DNA from: Azolla caroliniana
Taxonomy: Eukaryota > Plantae > Polypodiophyta
DNA: 64,000 bases
Direction of reading: 5' to 3'
Assembly: GCA_043228905.1 (NCBI GenBank)
Contig: JBHGNT010000007.1
Span: forward strand, 21,762,001 to 21,826,000
Shown here: positions 62,172 to 64,000 of the stretch, piece by piece
Layout of the letters: every line of letters starts with the position of its first letter
Numbering within the stretch: the first letter of the stretch is position 1
The notes under the pieces: generated by a model
The model's input: only the letters and a program-made list of their open reading frames with translations
The model's database searches: none
Told to the model about the DNA's origin: nothing
Translations under genes and position numbers: made by a program

Positions 62172-63872
62172 TCACTTCGGCATGGGATGTCTCTCCAACC
62201 CGATCCTCTTCCGGCATGCTTCCAGCTTGTCGGGTGTGAGCACCTTGGTCAGCATATCCGACCCGTTCTCGTCCGTGTGGATCTTCGTCAGCACGAACTC
62301 CTTGTCTTCTATCCTTTCCCGGATCCAGTGGTATCTACGCTGGATGTGCTTCGTCCGGGAGTGATAGGCCGCATTCTTCGCAAGGTGGATGGCACTCTGA
62401 CTGTCGCAGTAGAGTCGGTACTCCTCCTGCCGGATACCGAGCTCTCTAATGAAGTCCTTCATCCATATTATTTCCTTGCCGGCTTCAACAGCCGCCATGT
62501 ACTCCGCCTCCGTGGTTGACAACGCAACCGTCTTCTGCAGCCTCGACTGCCACGAAACAGCTCCCCCTGCATAAGTCATCACATACCCTGATGTGGACCG
62601 GCTGGTATCTGCATCAGCCGACATATCCGAATCGGTGAAGCCGTCGAGTTCGGGCTTACCGGAGCCGAATCGGAGGCACACGTTTGCCGTGCCCTTCAGG
62701 TATCGGAGTATCCACTTGACCGCGTTCCAGTGCTCTTTGCCGGGATTGCTCATGTACCGGCTCACTACTCCAACTGCATATCCGATGTCCGGTCTCGTAC
62801 ACACCATGGCGTACATCAAGCTCCCGACGGCTGAGGCATACGGTACTTTCATCATATCCTCCTTTTCAGCCTTTGTCTTGGGACTTTGCTTGCTGGTCAG
62901 CTTGCAGTTTGCCGGGAGGGTCGATCCGACCGGTCTTGCTTCCGACATGTTGAACCGGTGAAGCACCTTCGTCACGTACTTCTCCTGTGACAGCCACAAC
63001 TGCTTCTTCTTCCGGTCCCGGATGATGTGCATCCCTAGTATTTGCCTCGCCGGACCCAGGTCCTTCATTGAGAAGGTTCGGTGAAGAGCCTTCTTCAGCA
63101 TCCGTATCTTGACCTGGTCCCGTCCGACGATCAACATGTCGTCCACGTACAGGAGGAGTATTAGAGAGTCTCCTCCTTCGAACTTCTTCACAAACACGCA
63201 GTGGTCGGACTGCGTTTTGTGGTACCCTTCGTCGGTCATGAAGGAGTCAAACTTCCGGTACCATTGCCGGGGAGCCTGCTTCAGTCCGTAAAGGCTCTTC
63301 TTCAACCGGCATACCAGGTGCTCCTTCCCTTTCTTCTCGAATCCTTCCGGTTGCTGCATGTAGATCTCTTCTTCGAGGTCACCGTGAAGGAATGCCGTCT
63401 TCACGTCCATCTGTTCTACCTCGAGGTCCATGCTTGCCGCTATGCTCAGCACCGTCCGGATGGAGGTCATCTTCACTACCGGGGCAAATATCTCGTCGAA
63501 GTCGACGCCCTTCTTTTGCTGAAACCCCTTCACCACGATCCTGGCTTTGTATCTCGGGGGGTTTCCGGCATCTCCCGGTTTCAGCTTAAACACCCACTTG
63601 TTTCGAAGTGCCCGCTTACCTTTCGGCAACTCCACAAGTTCATATGTGTGGTTCTCATGCAGGGAATCCATCTCCTCCTGCATGGCACTTAACCACCTGC
63701 GACTATGGTTGTCAAGCTTTGCTTCTTCAAAACTTTCCGGCTCCCCCTCGTCGGTTAGCAGCACGTGCTCTGGTTCCGGAAATCTCCGGGGGGCCCTTCT
63801 CTCTCTTAGAGGATATCTCCGTTCCGGAGCTTCGGTAACCGGTTCTTCCGATTCTTCTTCATCCGAATCCAT
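62172..63872 (-). CDS. Copia polyprotein C-terminal part (RT, RNaseH)
   Basis: Uninterrupted 566-aa ORF with canonical copia RT/RNaseH motifs; the frame presumably starts beyond the window. Confidence 0.95.
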   Translation of the reverse strand: MDSDEEESEEPVTEAPERRYPLRERRAPRRFPEPEHVLLTDEGEPESFEEAKLDNHSRRWLSAMQEEMDSLHENHTYELVELPKGKRALRNKWVFKLKPGDAGNPPRYKARIVVKGFQQKKGVDFDEIFAPVVKMTSIRTVLSIAASMDLEVEQMDVKTAFLHGDLEEEIYMQQPEGFEKKGKEHLVCRLKKSLYGLKQAPRQWYRKFDSFMTDEGYHKTQSDHCVFVKKFEGGDSLILLLYVDDMLIVGRDQVKIRMLKKALHRTFSMKDLGPARQILGMHIIRDRKKKQLWLSQEKYVTKVLHRFNMSEARPVGSTLPANCKLTSKQSPKTKAEKEDMMKVPYASAVGSLMYAMVCTRPDIGYAVGVVSRYMSNPGKEHWNAVKWILRYLKGTANVCLRFGSGKPELDGFTDSDMSADADTSRSTSGYVMTYAGGAVSWQSRLQKTVALSTTEAEYMAAVEAGKEIIWMKDFIRELGIRQEEYRLYCDSQSAIHLAKNAAYHSRTKHIQRRYHWIRERIEDKEFVLTKIHTDENGSDMLTKVLTPDKLEACRKRIGLERHPMPK

Positions 63873-64000
63873 TTCGGGATCGGGGCCGGTTCCGGTATCA
63901 TTTTCATCTTCTTCGGCCGGTTCTGTTTCTTCGCCGTCTTCGGCCGGATCTTCGAGTGTTAACCGGTCCCTTGCCGGTCGGGACTGCTCTTCGTAGAGTC

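Larger units (their letters stand above)
61462..64000 (-). mobile_element. Ty1/copia LTR retrotransposon, 3' part (intact RT-RNaseH, PPT, 3' LTR)
   Basis: ORF 63872-62172 with KARIVVKG, QMDVKTAFLHG, SLYGLKQAPRQW, LLYVDDML, DSD, RTKHI; PPT AAGGGGGAGTT. Confidence 0.97.

Overview
Eukaryotic land-plant genomic DNA; the retroelement lineages suggest a non-seed plant such as a fern (inference). The central ~35 kb holds four spliced genes: an ABIL/ABI-like SCAR-WAVE subunit (+), a GPI-type phytocyanin/ENODL (-), a Kelch-repeat plus coiled-coil gene (-), and TRAPPC2L (+), which lies head-to-head with the Kelch gene. A DHNAT-like thioesterase pseudogene sits near 54.6 kb. The flanks are nested retroelements. 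On the left, a Ty3/gypsy element is inserted into a Ty1/copia derivative that lacks RT. On the right are a full-length L1-type LINE with a TSD, a chromodomain Ty3/gypsy, and a Ty1/copia inserted into that gypsy's leader. Four observations stand out. (1) A candidate -1 ribosomal frameshift signal (G GAU UUU, 5-nt spacer, H-type pseudoknot) lies between protease and RT of the left gypsy. (2) The hairpin-(TTTC)n 3' tail of an RTE/RTEX-type LINE occurs about 9 times, only in introns, and one copy sits in and extends a splice-acceptor pyrimidine tract. (3) A near-perfect 668-bp triplication in TRAPPC2L creates two decoy acceptor/half-exons. (4) The L1 element has an AUGA stop-start junction between ORF1 and ORF2. 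All calls were made by eye, with no database searches.
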